Both the position numbers and the translations under genes were made by a program. From an uncultured delta proteobacterium (lineage in GTDB: Bacteria; Desulfobacterota; Syntrophobacteria; Syntrophobacterales; Syntrophobacteraceae): DNA of 64,000 nucleotides. This document shows positions 45,477 to 57,410 of this stretch, one piece after another. The notes below the pieces were generated by a model that worked only from the letters and a program-made list of their open reading frames with translations, did no database searches and was not told the DNA's origin. Positions within the stretch are counted from its first letter, which is position 1; each line of letters starts with the position of its first letter. The DNA lies in contig CAWEHK010000017.1 in NCBI GenBank assembly GCA_963808625.1, positions 32,001 through 96,000 of the forward strand, in the 5' to 3' direction.

Positions 45477-45690
45477 ACCACGAAACACCCGAAAAACACG
45501 AAAGAATCTCTTCTGATCTTTCGGCTGTTTCGGGTCTTGGTGGTGAAAAACCGAAGGGGCTCCCGAACGTCATTCCCGCATGCCTTTAGCGGGAATCCAG
45601 ATGCTATTCGTCCCCTGGACCCCCGCTAAGAGCATGCGGGGGTGACGATGTGTTGTGTGGGGGTGACGATGTGTGTCCGTGGCTAAAGAC
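45477..45690. repeat. Compound repeat cluster: inverted ACCACGAAA-type pair plus REP double hairpin
   Basis: accacgaaacacccgaaaaacacgaaaga / tctttcggctgtttcgggtcttggtggt; REP at 45569-45646; duplicated gggggtgacgatgtgt. Confidence 0.7.
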
Positions 45691-45821
45691 GGAAGTACCT
45701 GAAAGCAAGCACAGATCCTCATAAGCTGAGGCGCATGGGCTGTGCCGGAATGACGACAAGGATAACGGTCAGTTTATTATTTGGAGCTGTATTGAGAGGA
45801 TAAGAGGAGAGGGAGAACGCA

Positions 45822-45858
45822 AGGCTGGGAGGAGAACTGAGGGCTTCACTCCCAGCCT
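45822..45858. terminator. Stem-loop between convergent genes
   Basis: aggctgggag...ctcccagcct. Confidence 0.45.
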
Positions 45859-45938
45859 GGCTGAAATAGTCTCCATCTGAAAACCCCGGTTGTTCCCCTC
45901 CCCCGAAGACCAGGGCGGAGCCCGGCTATCGCCAACTG

Positions 45939-47078
45939 CTAAAGCTGGCTCATAACCACCATGAGGTGGGCGACCTCACTGAGTGGTGCGTTCATGTTAG
46001 CGCGGTGGTTGGCGAAGAAACTGTCCAGATCGGCGTTGAGAACGAGCCACGGATCCATCTCCTCCGTTCGGCTCAGTTCATGCAACATCGTATCCATGAT
46101 ATCAATGCCATAGAGGGTCGAGGCCAGTTGCGGCTGATATCCTACACGCACAACTCGAAGGATTTCGTAGTAGACATGGGCAACCCCTTCGCGTAGTAAA
46201 AATAATCATCCGATTTCCACCAGCTCACGGTGCCGTCCACCAGCGACTTATTTACATTTCCCAGAAGATCTTTGTAGCTGGATATCAGCGAGACCAAGTT
46301 GTCCTTCCGATAATAAAAACTCCGTTTACCTGTTTTCAGCTTCTCCACAAATGTCTTCAGGTGGTCGACGGCTTCTTCATAACAGCTTTCGGCAGAGGGA
46401 AACCAGAAGGAGGTAGCGCTGTTCATAAAGAGATGGAGTGCCTTCTCCAGGTCCGGATCGTAGGTGTCGGCATCGCCCATGCGCGTCAGGCTGTCCTTCA
46501 GACGGCCGGTGGTGAAACGAATCGCTTCCAGAACACCAAGCTGGTAGTTGTTTATATTATCGGTGAAGCGGCCAATAATGAGATCGTTCGGGCGCCATCC
46601 GAGGACCCGCCCGTGGAGCTCATGATTCATCAGATTGATCATGGTCTCAACAAAGGTGACACCTGGGATCGGGGAAATTTCCGGAAGCGCTGGGCCGTGA
46701 GCCCCAGCCGGCGCCGCGTGTCCGGCAGCGGGTTCGTGGGCAGGTGCAGGAGCCTGAGTTGCTCCCGCCGGTGGATGGCCGGGAGGAACTTGGCCAGCCT
46801 CGCCGGGCACAGAGGAAGTGGCTGGAGGAACTGGTTCCCCGTGGGGCGCCTGAGTTGGTGCCGCCTGTCCATGCCCCTCAGACGCTGCCGGGCTTGGCAG
46901 CCGGTGTGGCAACGCCTGCCTCTCCTCCAGGAGTCAAGGTGTATTTTTGCAGTGCCCAGCTATAATAGGTTCCGCCCAATCCCAGCATCAGCGCCAGACT
47001 TGTCATCAAAATGAAAATGCCCCGCCGTCTGAATGACCTTCCACTGCAGCCTCTCGCTCGTTCATCTTGAACTTCCAT
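45939..47078 (-). CDS. DUF2333 family protein; two frameshifts
   Basis: N-terminal TM, Pro/Ala/His linker, GWRPND, DNINNYQLG, WFPSAE..Y, DDYFYYAKG, FANHRANM. Confidence 0.75.
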
Positions 47079-47118
47079 GATTCCCGCTCCTTTTCTATGA
47101 TCAGCTCATTCCACCAAG

Positions 47119-47493
47119 TCACTCACTCATAAACGTTGCACAAGCATCTGCCGATTCCCAGGCTGATACCCTGTATAACCAGCGATTTTCATTGGTTAAT
47201 CGCTGCGCCAGGAACTCGAAGAGGTATCGCGCAATATTTTCCGAAGACGGATTGTGTTCGCGAAAAAAGGGGATATCGTTCAAATAGTGGTGATCCACTT
47301 CCCTGAGCGCTTCCCGTGTGGCTTCCTTCACTTCTTTAAAATCGATGAGGACGCCGCTTGCTTCCAGCTCTCTGCCCCGGAGCACCACCTCCACTTTCCA
47401 GTTGTGGCCATGCAGATTCTCACATTTACCTCGAAAATTCCTGAGGTTATGCGCAGCGGCAAAATCACTGAGGATCTTTACTTCGTAAATCAT
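47119..47493 (-). CDS. queD: 6-carboxytetrahydropterin synthase
   Basis: FAAAH.L, CENLHGHNW, DHHYLN, NPSSENIA, WES. Confidence 0.93.
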   Translation of the reverse strand: MIYEVKILSDFAAAHNLRNFRGKCENLHGHNWKVEVVLRGRELEASGVLIDFKEVKEATREALREVDHHYLNDIPFFREHNPSSENIARYLFEFLAQRLTNENRWLYRVSAWESADACATFMSE

Positions 47494-47642
47494 ATTCTTC
47501 AAATCAAGCTTTCCCCCCTCGGTCAACGACCTGAAAACCTTCGAAAAATTGTAAAACCCAAGGGCTTTGAAGGGTATTTCACATTTAGCTGAAAGGGTCT
47601 TCTTTGTCAATTGCAATCCCAGAGCCCCAAACTACTTTCCGG

Positions 47643-47671
47643 TTGACGGAACCCACAGTTTCCTTTAAATT
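47643..47671 (+). promoter_or_regulatory. Sigma70-type promoter of the tRNA
   Basis: TTGACG - 17 nt - TAAATT, 14 nt upstream of the tRNA. Confidence 0.6.
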
Positions 47672-47685
47672 CCCCTCCGTTCAGT

Positions 47686-47762
47686 GGCGGTGTAGCTCAG
47701 TCGGTCAGAGCATGCGGCTCATATCCGCAGTGTCCGGGGTTCAACTCCCTGCACCGCCACCA
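47686..47762 (+). tRNA. tRNA-Met (CAT), probably elongator
   Basis: Acceptor GGCGGTG/CACCGCC, TAGCTCAG, anticodon arm TGCGG-CTCATAT-CCGCA, GGTTCAACTCC, encoded CCA; paired G1-C72 argues against initiator. Confidence 0.95.
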
Positions 47763-48077
47763 AAACCGCATGAAATAGGGCTTTTCGGTTCATCTTCGGG
47801 GTGCTGCGCATGCTTTCTATACAAAGTGAGCCCCGAGGATGAATCGAAAACGCCCTTCCCGCTGATCACAATCCTGCTTGATTCTGAATACAATAGGCTA
47901 TTACTTTCGCCTGTCAGTCCCCCAAGGCATGCCGTGTATTGTACGCAGGGCGGAATTTCGCTATTCTCTCCGCACGAGCTCATTAGCCGAGTCGCGGAGT
48001 GAGCCCCGGCGAATGGCGGGATGCTTAACACTATCGGCGTGAATTTGTTATCGACACTACCGTCGCGAAAATCGGTG

Positions 48078-48219
48078 TTATACTCGTTGAAGATGAAGGG
48101 CTTAATTCTCACCGCAGAGACGCAGAGGACGCAGAAGCTCCATTTTTGAGCTTCCTCTGTGCTCTCTGCGTCTCTGCGGTGAATAAAAAAGTGAAAGATC
48201 TCAACCTAAACAAGTATAA
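48078..48219. mobile_element. MITE-like element containing an empty inverted GCAGAG-repeat pair
   Basis: Ends ttatactcgttgaagatga / rc ttatacttgtttaggttga; inner hairpin 48111-48180. Confidence 0.6.
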
Positions 48220-48597
48220 TTGAAATCAGGACATCACTAGGGGGAGGAAGCAGGGCGATTGCATGCAGGGCAAACGCACGAAATCATGAGGGCCCAAGGA
48301 GAGTGAGGAGGTCGTCGATGTTCCAACCAGCCTTATTCCAGCTCGCCAGTTAATGCCATTCAAAGATCGTTTTCGATTCCTGCTGAAAACCCTTCCCTTT
48401 CATCTCGGCTTCGGTCTGTGGTTTCTGATCCCCGCGTTAAGCATTATTTTCTCTCCTTCGCACCCATTGCGAGCCACGCTGTATCATGTCGACCGGCAAA
48501 AGAGAGAGGTCTGTTCGACCAACCGTCGTATCGATTGAAAAACATTCCAAGCGGTGAGACAGAGAGTTGTTCAATTTGCTGTCATTCGTTTTTCTGC

Positions 48598-49455
48598 CTA
48601 CGTCATTTGGCGTTTACTCCAGACTGAGTAAGGCACGGCCAGGAGCGCGCCCAGAATCATGTAGGTCAAGAGCGTGGGAATGAAGATCTGTCCGCAATCC
48701 GACAGTCCCGCGATGAACAGGGCGAGTCCGACATTGCGCGCGATGCTTGCGATAGCGAGGACGGAACGCTGCTCCCGGGATGGGCCGCCCAATAGGTGGC
48801 CGATGGCCAAGGAGCTCCCCACCATCATGATGATTGCCGCAGTGGGCAGGCCGCCCAGATTCAGCATCATCCGGAAGTCAGGCGAAAGAACAAGGAAAAT
48901 GATCAGCACGGCAAAGAGCACGATGAACAGGACATTGGCGAGCATTCGCACAGGTTTGCCCATCACCTCAGCGAGCCTGGGCGCGAAGCGCTGGATGAGC
49001 AGACCGATGATCACCGGCAAGAATGTGACCTGGGCGACTTGCCGGGCCACCTCGAAAGGGCTCACCCGTTCGGTTGCCAGTTCAAACAGAGCGTAAAATA
49101 AATGCAGGATGAGCGGTGTTATCACGACAGCCAGCAAAGCCAGTGTCAACTGCAGGCTGGCGGCGTAGGTAGGATCCCCGCCCGCCATTTCGGTCCGTTT
49201 GGTGGTGAGCGGGGCGCCCGGCGCGGCGGCCAACACAGCGAGGCCGGTGGCTACTGCGGGTGGTAATTCGAACACCCACAACAGTAGGCCCACAACAGCG
49301 GGGACCAGCACGATTACAGCGAGAAGGGAGCGGAGCAGTAATTCAGGCCGACGCAACAGGGAGGTGAGTTGTTGAAAAGAGTGGCTAACCCCCATGGCGA
49401 GCATGAGGCTGAAAATCGTCACGGTGACGAACTTGAGTAGGATGGGGTTATCCAT
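48598..49455 (-). CDS. Bile acid:sodium symporter family transporter
   Basis: MLAMG, LAAAPGAP, FLPVIIGL, ARNVGLAL; multiple TM helices. Confidence 0.8.
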   Translation of the reverse strand: MDNPILLKFVTVTIFSLMLAMGVSHSFQQLTSLLRRPELLLRSLLAVIVLVPAVVGLLLWVFELPPAVATGLAVLAAAPGAPLTTKRTEMAGGDPTYAASLQLTLALLAVVITPLILHLFYALFELATERVSPFEVARQVAQVTFLPVIIGLLIQRFAPRLAEVMGKPVRMLANVLFIVLFAVLIIFLVLSPDFRMMLNLGGLPTAAIIMMVGSSLAIGHLLGGPSREQRSVLAIASIARNVGLALFIAGLSDCGQIFIPTLLTYMILGALLAVPYSVWSKRQMT

Positions 49456-49610
49456 AGTTCCAATCCCCTGCAATTCCAGAAGAATATGATTCTTCTTGTC
49501 TAAACACTTTTTCAGTTCACTCTTCTGCGCACCCCAAGAATCTTCCGTGCTCTGAAATTTCGCTTCGGTCGGCTTTTGCCTGCCAAGATACCTTGGCCGA
49601 TTCTAGTGAT

Positions 49611-49752
49611 TGATTGCATAGGTCATTGACATCATGAATACAACGTCACCCCGGTGAAAGGCGGGGTCCAGAACCCCTTAAAGACCGGATTCCGGCTCTC
49701 GCCGGGATTATGACAAGGTGCACAACGTAAACGGCGTACATTTCTGCAATCA
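49611..49752. repeat. MITE-like element (tgattgca...tgcaatca ends) enclosing a REP double hairpin
   Basis: 8-bp terminal inverted repeat; REP at 49645-49714. Confidence 0.5.
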
Positions 49753-49765
49753 AGAGGGTCGACCT

Positions 49766-50156
49766 TTATGTCAATAGCGCGACAAGGGAAGCAGGCCAAT
49801 AATCATCAGCAGAATCGCCATAATGAGCACCAGGGGATGGAAGCCGGTATAGTGAAACCGATCCTGTTTGATTTGCTGGAGAATACGCCAATGCTGGATC
49901 GTCGCGGCCGCCAGACCCAGAATTCCCAAAGTGATAAAACTCAGCCCGAAATAAAAGGGGGTGTCCAGATGTTCCAGAGGGCGTCCCCCTCTACGGCCTG
50001 GTCGAAAAGGTCCCGAAACTGGGCGATTCCAAACCCGAAACCGATAAGGGAGAGGGCCGTGCGGACCCAGGCCATCAGGGTCCGGTCAGCCGCTTGCCGG
50101 CTGCGCTCTCTGGCAAGTTCGGTGGCTACTTTCGGTTTTTGCGTGTTTTCATTCAT
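49766..50156 (-). CDS. DUF202/YidH family membrane protein; frameshifted
   Basis: ELARERSRQAADRTLMAWVRTALSLIGFGF. Confidence 0.8.
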
Positions 50157-50272
50157 GGGCAATCCTTTTTCCTTTAAGCAAGCTCAGGATATCAAGCCAT
50201 CGCCCCTCGGCGGTGGCCATCGGCTCCGGCATCCTGGTCGCCGGACGCGCGGCTCAACCGCGGGACCTATCC

Positions 50273-50926
50273 TTAGGAACTCCAGGGGTGGAGCACCCCG
50301 GCACGAACCAGACCATTGAACAGGTATTGCACCGCTTCCACCGCCTGCAGCACGGCCATCACCCAGCCGACCACCTTAAACAAGGGAGAGGGCAGCCGTC
50401 TGATCGCCTTGGCGTTTAACAGAATGACCAGATTGAGGGTCATGATCACCAGCAATGTCCCCAAGACGATGCCCGTTTGACTCCAATCACCCCCGGCGAT
50501 GGCCATGAAGACCACTATGGCCGCAAGGCCGGGAGCCGTGACCATGGCGGGAACGGCTACCGGGAAGCAGGCCAGCGCTAAACTGAGGGGAGCCGGTTCA
50601 GCGTCTTGAGGCTGAAGGGGCGGCGGCGCTGGGGCTGGAGGTTCCATGATCATTTGCCATGACTGGCAGAAGATGATGATGCTCCCGGACACCACCATGG
50701 CGGCCACGGAAACGCGCCATCGTTCTAAAACGACTGAACCCAAAAGCGCAACGCCGATAACGATGGCGGTGGCGATGGCTGTGGCCCGCCAGGCCACGGT
50801 GCGGCGGAAGGCGGGGTCGGCTCCCTGGGTGGCCTGGGCAAAGGGGCCTAAAGCATTTAGCGGCCCAAGGCTAAAAAAGAAGATGATAAAGGCGTCCAGG
50901 ATGGAAACCTGAGTTACGACAAACAT
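50273..50926 (-). CDS. MarC family membrane protein (copy 1)
   Basis: FFSLGPL, LA.FPVAVPAMVTAPG.AA, six TM helices. Confidence 0.85.
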   Translation of the reverse strand: MFVVTQVSILDAFIIFFFSLGPLNALGPFAQATQGADPAFRRTVAWRATAIATAIVIGVALLGSVVLERWRVSVAAMVVSGSIIIFCQSWQMIMEPPAPAPPPLQPQDAEPAPLSLALACFPVAVPAMVTAPGLAAIVVFMAIAGGDWSQTGIVLGTLLVIMTLNLVILLNAKAIRRLPSPLFKVVGWVMAVLQAVEAVQYLFNGLVRAGVLHPWSS

Positions 50927-51030
50927 AGCAACTCCTGATGCGGTCAGCAGGTGGCCCCAACGGTTAGGGCAGGCCCGCCACCATCCCCAAGCCCATGTGC
51001 TGATGGTGGATCAACTCCGCAACCTGATTT

Positions 51031-51681
51031 TTAGGAACTCAAGGGGTGTATCACCCCGATACGAACCAGACCATTGAACAGATATTGCACCGCCAGCGCC
51101 GCCTGTAGCACGGCCATCACCCAGCCCACCACCTTGAGCAGAGGAGGCGGCACCCGCCTGAGAATCGCCTCGGCGTTCAACAGAGTGACCAGATTCAGGG
51201 CCATGATCACCAGCAATGTCCCCAAGACGATGCCGATTTGACTCCAATCACCCCCGGCGATGGCGATGAAGGCCACTATGGCCGCAATGCCGGGGGCCGT
51301 GACCAGGGCGGGAACGGCTACCGGGAAGTAGGCCAGCGCTAAGCTGAGGGGAGCCGGATCAACCCCTTGAGGCTGAATGGGCGCCGGGGCCGGCGCTTCC
51401 ATGATCAATTGCAGTGACTGGCAAAAGAGGATGATGCTCGCGGTCACCACCAAGGCGGCCGTGGAAACGCGCCATTGTTCTAAAACGACTGAGCTGAACA
51501 GCAAAACACCGATAACGATGGCCGTAGCGATGGCCGTGGCCCGCCAGGCCAGGGCCCGGAGCAGGGCCGGGTCGGCCCCCCGTGTGGCCTGAATAAAAGG
51601 GCCGATGGCTTTCAGCGGCCCGAGAGTCAAAAAGAATATGATGAAGGCATCGGGAATGGAAACCTGGGTTAGGAGAGACAT
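51031..51681 (-). CDS. MarC family membrane protein (copy 2)
   Basis: FFLTLGPLK, FPVAVPALVTAPGIAA; close paralog of copy 1. Confidence 0.85.
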   Translation of the reverse strand: MSLLTQVSIPDAFIIFFLTLGPLKAIGPFIQATRGADPALLRALAWRATAIATAIVIGVLLFSSVVLEQWRVSTAALVVTASIILFCQSLQLIMEAPAPAPIQPQGVDPAPLSLALAYFPVAVPALVTAPGIAAIVAFIAIAGGDWSQIGIVLGTLLVIMALNLVTLLNAEAILRRVPPPLLKVVGWVMAVLQAALAVQYLFNGLVRIGVIHPLSS

Positions 51682-51754
51682 GCCGACTCCTGATGCGGCG
51701 CCGCAAGCAGCGCCCTGGTGGAACTGTGCCCTGGTGCTATGAGAAATGTTAATG

Positions 51755-51794
51755 CCCCCCATAAGTCCCTGGTATAATCAGGACTTACGGGGGG
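51755..51794. terminator. Stem-loop downstream of the sulfatase
   Basis: cccccataagtcc...ggacttacggggg. Confidence 0.5.
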
Positions 51795-51834
51795 ATTGTT
51801 CCCTTCTCGCCAGGAACAAGGCCTGGCAGAAAGG

Positions 51835-53328
<1,494 letters not shown>

Positions 53329-53438
53329 AACTCCTCCTTGCTGTGTGGTTAACGGTGAACTTTAATCATGAGTCCGCCAGTCCTGCTCCAGGTCTTTCCT
53401 GACGGGTTTGGCGACATCACTTCTCCTTCATCCCCAGA

Positions 53439-54785
53439 TTAAGTGCGGCTCCCCTGTGGAAGGCTCTTTTCGGGTTCGGCAGGGTTACTGTGGCAGTGGC
53501 ATTTTTTAAACTTGAGCCCGCTGCCGCACGGACAGGGATCGTTGCGCCCCACCTTGCTCTGAACAGAAGCCTGTCGGGCTTCCTCTGCGGCCAGGACCTC
53601 CATCACCGGAGCGGCCGGCTGTTCCTGGCGCAGCAATTGAGCCATGATCTTCAGGGGCCGGTCGATGTGGCGAAAAAAGGCCTTATAGCCGGCGCACAAA
53701 TAATTCAGTCCAGGCTCCCCCTCCGGGGTGGTGAGAAAGCGGTTCTTGGGGCATTCCCCCTTGCAGGCGAACCAGACCTGGCAATCCCGGCAGGAGCGGG
53801 GCAGGGCCTCCAGCTTGTTGCGGCCAAAGGTGCGCTGAGGCTCGGAGGCCACTAACTCCAGCAGGTGGCTTTGCTGGATATTGCCCAGAAGATATTTGGG
53901 CTCCACGAAATGGTCGCAGGCGTAGAGATCCCCGTTATGCTCCAGGGCCAGCCCATGGCCGCAGGTGGCATTGAAGACGCACATGCCGGAGGAGGGCAGC
54001 CCCAGCCAATTCCTCACCGCGGCTTCGAAGGTCTGCACAAACACCGTGCCCACGTCGTGGCGCACCCATTCATCAAAAATAGTGATCAGGAAATGGCCGA
54101 ACTGCTTCGGTTTGACCGAGCGCTCCGAGACCGTCGTCCCTTCCTGGTAAATGGTGACTTTCCCTTCGCTCAGGCGCTCGATGGCGGGAATGAACTGGAT
54201 CCAGGTGGTGCCGGCTTCATCCCGCAGGAACCGGTAGACCTCCAGGGGATGGTCGGCATTGATGCGATTGACGGTAGTCAGAATGTTGTACTCCACCCCA
54301 TGCTTCTGCAACAACCGGAGGCCCTGCATTACCTTGTCGAAAGTCGGTCGGCCCTGCTTATCCCGCCGGTAAACATCGTGCAGGTGGCGCGGCCCGTCGA
54401 TGCTGATGCCGATGAGGAAGTTATGTTCTTTGAAAAACTCGCACCACTCATCGTTTAAGAGCGTGCCGTTGGTCTGCAGGGTGTTCTCGAAGACCATGCC
54501 GGGCTTCTTGTATCGATACTGGTGGTCGATGGCCCGCCGGAAGAAGTCGATCCCCATCAAAGTGGGCTCCCCCCCCTGCCAGGAAACCGTCACTTGGGGG
54601 CTGCGATGGTACTCTATAAGCTGGCGGATGTAAGTCTCCAGCACTTCATCGCTCATGCGAAAGTGACTGCCGGGATAGAGACGCGCTTTGTTGAGAAAAA
54701 AGCAGTAGGAACAGTTAAGATTGCACATTGCCCCGGTGGGCTTGGCCAAGACGTGAATTCGAGGAGGTATGGCGGCGCTGGTCAT
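53439..54785 (-). CDS. Anaerobic sulfatase maturase (radical SAM/SPASM) with SEC-C tail
   Basis: CNLNCSYC, WQGGEP, QTNGTLL, YACDHFV, C..C....ACKGECPK, GRNDPCPCGSG.KFKKC. Confidence 0.93.
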   Translation of the reverse strand: MTSAAIPPRIHVLAKPTGAMCNLNCSYCFFLNKARLYPGSHFRMSDEVLETYIRQLIEYHRSPQVTVSWQGGEPTLMGIDFFRRAIDHQYRYKKPGMVFENTLQTNGTLLNDEWCEFFKEHNFLIGISIDGPRHLHDVYRRDKQGRPTFDKVMQGLRLLQKHGVEYNILTTVNRINADHPLEVYRFLRDEAGTTWIQFIPAIERLSEGKVTIYQEGTTVSERSVKPKQFGHFLITIFDEWVRHDVGTVFVQTFEAAVRNWLGLPSSGMCVFNATCGHGLALEHNGDLYACDHFVEPKYLLGNIQQSHLLELVASEPQRTFGRNKLEALPRSCRDCQVWFACKGECPKNRFLTTPEGEPGLNYLCAGYKAFFRHIDRPLKIMAQLLRQEQPAAPVMEVLAAEEARQASVQSKVGRNDPCPCGSGLKFKKCHCHSNPAEPEKSLPQGSRT

Positions 54786-55013
54786 GACAAGCTCCTAAGG
54801 TTGGCCCCTTGCCTCTTTCCATTACATGGCGTTTCGTTTGAACTCCTGGCCCAACTAGTGAAGGGTTGACTTAGCACCCGTCATGGATGTTGTCAATGGG
54901 ATTTAGGTGCCATGATGTTCTTTGTTCTTGACAGCATCCACGATGGATGTAACGCAAAAACCGTCAAAAGTCATTTCTTGTCAGCCGCCGCGCCGTAGAG
55001 GAGGAAGGATCGG

Positions 55014-55478
55014 ATGTCGGTACACAAAAGCTCGTACGTGATATTTCTGACGGTCGCCTTGGTGAGCGTGCTCTACGCGGCGGTCGCCTTGGCGCAGCAA
55101 CTCTTCATCTATCCGCAGCGGGGCCAGAGCCCGCAGCAGCAGCAACAGGATCGCTTCGAGTGTCACCAATGGGCCGTGCAGCAGACGGGGTTCGATCCCA
55201 TGATGGGTCCAGCGCCTGCGGCGCCAACGGCGGCGCCGACGACAGGCGCCTTGCGCGGCGCCGCGAGAGGAGCGGCCATCGGCGCTGTCGGCGGGGCCAT
55301 CGGCGGCAATGCGGGCCGGGGCGCGGCGATCGGCGCGGGTACCGGGGCGGTGTTCGGCACGATCCAGCGTAACGACCAGATTCGCCAGGGCCAGGTGCAG
55401 CAGGCGGGCCAGCAGATGGAGAATTTTAACCGGGCGGTTGCCGCTTGCCTGTCGGGACGCGGCTACACGGTCCAGTAG
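55014..55478 (+). CDS. Exported glycine-zipper protein
   Basis: Signal peptide, IYP.RGQS..QQ..D..EC..WA, GAARGAAIGA repeats, ACLSGRGYTV. Confidence 0.8.
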   Translation: MSVHKSSYVIFLTVALVSVLYAAVALAQQLFIYPQRGQSPQQQQQDRFECHQWAVQQTGFDPMMGPAPAAPTAAPTTGALRGAARGAAIGAVGGAIGGNAGRGAAIGAGTGAVFGTIQRNDQIRQGQVQQAGQQMENFNRAVAACLSGRGYTVQ

Positions 55479-55502
55479 GTCCACATTGACACGGAGCAGA
55501 GC

Positions 55503-55917
55503 ATGAAAGCTTTGACGAAACCCTTCGTTTGCGCGATTCTCATGACGGCCTTGGCCGGGACGCCCGGCCTCGCCGCGGCCGGCCTCTATGACGGCTCGCG
55601 CCCATTCCTGTGCGCCGTGACGGCGATCCTGGAATGCGCCGCCTCCTCGGGGCAGGTGCGAACCCCACATTGCCGACGACGCCACCGCCCCCGCCATCAT
55701 CAAGTTCGACGTGGCCGGCCAGACGGTCACCACCGGGGCTGCCAGGAAGAGTCCGCTCAAGAGCGTCACGCGCTTGGACGGCCAGTTGATCCTGCAGGGG
55801 GGCGAGAACGGGCGGGGCTGGAGCGCGACGATCGATGAGGAAACCGGGCGCATGGCCATCGCCATCGTCGACAACGACTACACCTTCTCGCTCTTCGGCG
55901 CCTGCACCATCCCCTAG
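55503..55917 (+). CDS. Exported hypothetical protein; frameshifted
   Basis: Signal peptide, DGSRPFLCA...EC, LILQGGENGRGWS, FSLFGACT. Confidence 0.65.
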
Positions 55918-56051
55918 CCTTAGGACGGCCGCCGGGCCCCAATCTACTCCGGCGCCACAGCGGATAGCCGCAAAGCCGAATCCCGGTTCCATGCTCACCG
56001 CACCACTGTGATCGACAAATTCAGGTGCCGGATGGCCCCCAAAGAAACCTT

Positions 56052-57008
56052 ATGATGCGACGCCTTCAAACCATCGGGCCGTATCTGCGTTCAGTCGTTC
56101 TGCCATCGAGACCGGCGCAGTTGCTGATTCAAACCGGGCTGAAGTGGGACCGCGATAACTGCCCCGGCATGGCCGCCGCCCTCTCGTACTACGCGCTGTT
56201 CTCCCTTTTCCCCTTGCTGCTGGTGATCCTGAGTATTGTGGGCGCCCTGATCGGCCCGGACACGGAGGCGTTCCGATACATCCAGTCTATGATTGTGCGG
56301 GACTTGCCGCCGGACGTGCAAAGCATGGTTGTCGGCACGATCATTGCCCTGCACGAAACCAGTGTCGGCGCCGGGATCGTGGGCTTCATGCTGCTCTTTT
56401 TTGCGGCCAGCACCTTGTTTGCGATCCTCCGGCAGTCGGTCAACAAAATCTGGGAGTCCCCCAACCGTGTCTCCGATGCGGGCTCGGTCCCCAAAATGGT
56501 TTTATTCCTCATCGTCAACAAGCTGGTGGCGTATTTGCTCGTGGTGGGGACGGCCTTGCTGCTGCTGACGTCACTGGTAGCGAACATTTTTATCAGGACC
56601 GTCCTCGATCTGCTATCCCGCTTTCAGGAAACCTTCGCCTGGATTCAAAGGGTGGACGAGCTGCAATTGACGCGAGGTTTGCAGATCGGCTCGACCATTT
56701 TTATTCTGAGCCTGACCCTGTGCGTGCTGTTCAAAGTGCTGCCCTCCGTCCGCCCGCAGTGGCGGGATGTCTGGATGGGGGCGCTGATGACGGCGGTCTT
56801 GCTGGCCGGGCTGCAGCAACTCGCCACCGGCAGCGTTGTTTCCGTTTTCAGCCGGTTCCTGTCCTACGGGGTGATCGGCAGTGTGATGATTCTGATGCTG
56901 TGGATTTTTCTGGCCTGTCAGATTTTCTTCCTGGGATGCGAGTTCTCCTATGCGTATGCCAACATTTATGGCAGCCGCCGCCTCGCCGCCAAGCAGGCCT
57001 TGTCCTGA
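56052..57008 (+). CDS. YihY/virulence factor BrkB family membrane protein
   Basis: AAALSYYALFSLFPLLL, VNKIW, YGVIGSVMILMLW, LGCEF. Confidence 0.9.
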   Translation: MMRRLQTIGPYLRSVVLPSRPAQLLIQTGLKWDRDNCPGMAAALSYYALFSLFPLLLVILSIVGALIGPDTEAFRYIQSMIVRDLPPDVQSMVVGTIIALHETSVGAGIVGFMLLFFAASTLFAILRQSVNKIWESPNRVSDAGSVPKMVLFLIVNKLVAYLLVVGTALLLLTSLVANIFIRTVLDLLSRFQETFAWIQRVDELQLTRGLQIGSTIFILSLTLCVLFKVLPSVRPQWRDVWMGALMTAVLLAGLQQLATGSVVSVFSRFLSYGVIGSVMILMLWIFLACQIFFLGCEFSYAYANIYGSRRLAAKQALS

Positions 57009-57410
57009 AAGGCCTGCCGCACAAGGAGAGCCAACCATGAATGCAACCCTCTTCGAACCGGCAATGGACGCAGACTCGGGCTGGAAGGTCCGGTTTTGAT
57101 GCTCCCGGGCAACCCCTCTGAAAGACGAAAAAAGGGTGAAGAAAAACAAAGGTCCGGCGTTGCTGATCAATGTCGAGCAGTTGACAGGCATAGAATAGCA
57201 GCGGTATAAGAACGGTGCGGATACAAACTCGCTCGATGACATGGTTCGGCGTGCAATAAACGATTCCATATCACCTGTTGTCGACCCCGGGGCCTACCGC
57301 TGCAAGTTTGCTGCCATTTTTGTCAACATTGTGCTTGATCCGTCGTGAAAACGAATACCGCCCGGGCGCCAGGTTTGAAACGGCACCGATCGGGTGCAGG
57401 AGGAGATGCC

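Noticed and set aside
48266..48350. c-di-GMP-I riboswitch (gggcaaac...gaaa)
   Set aside because: P2 pairing and the GCAAA/P3 elements are not recognisable
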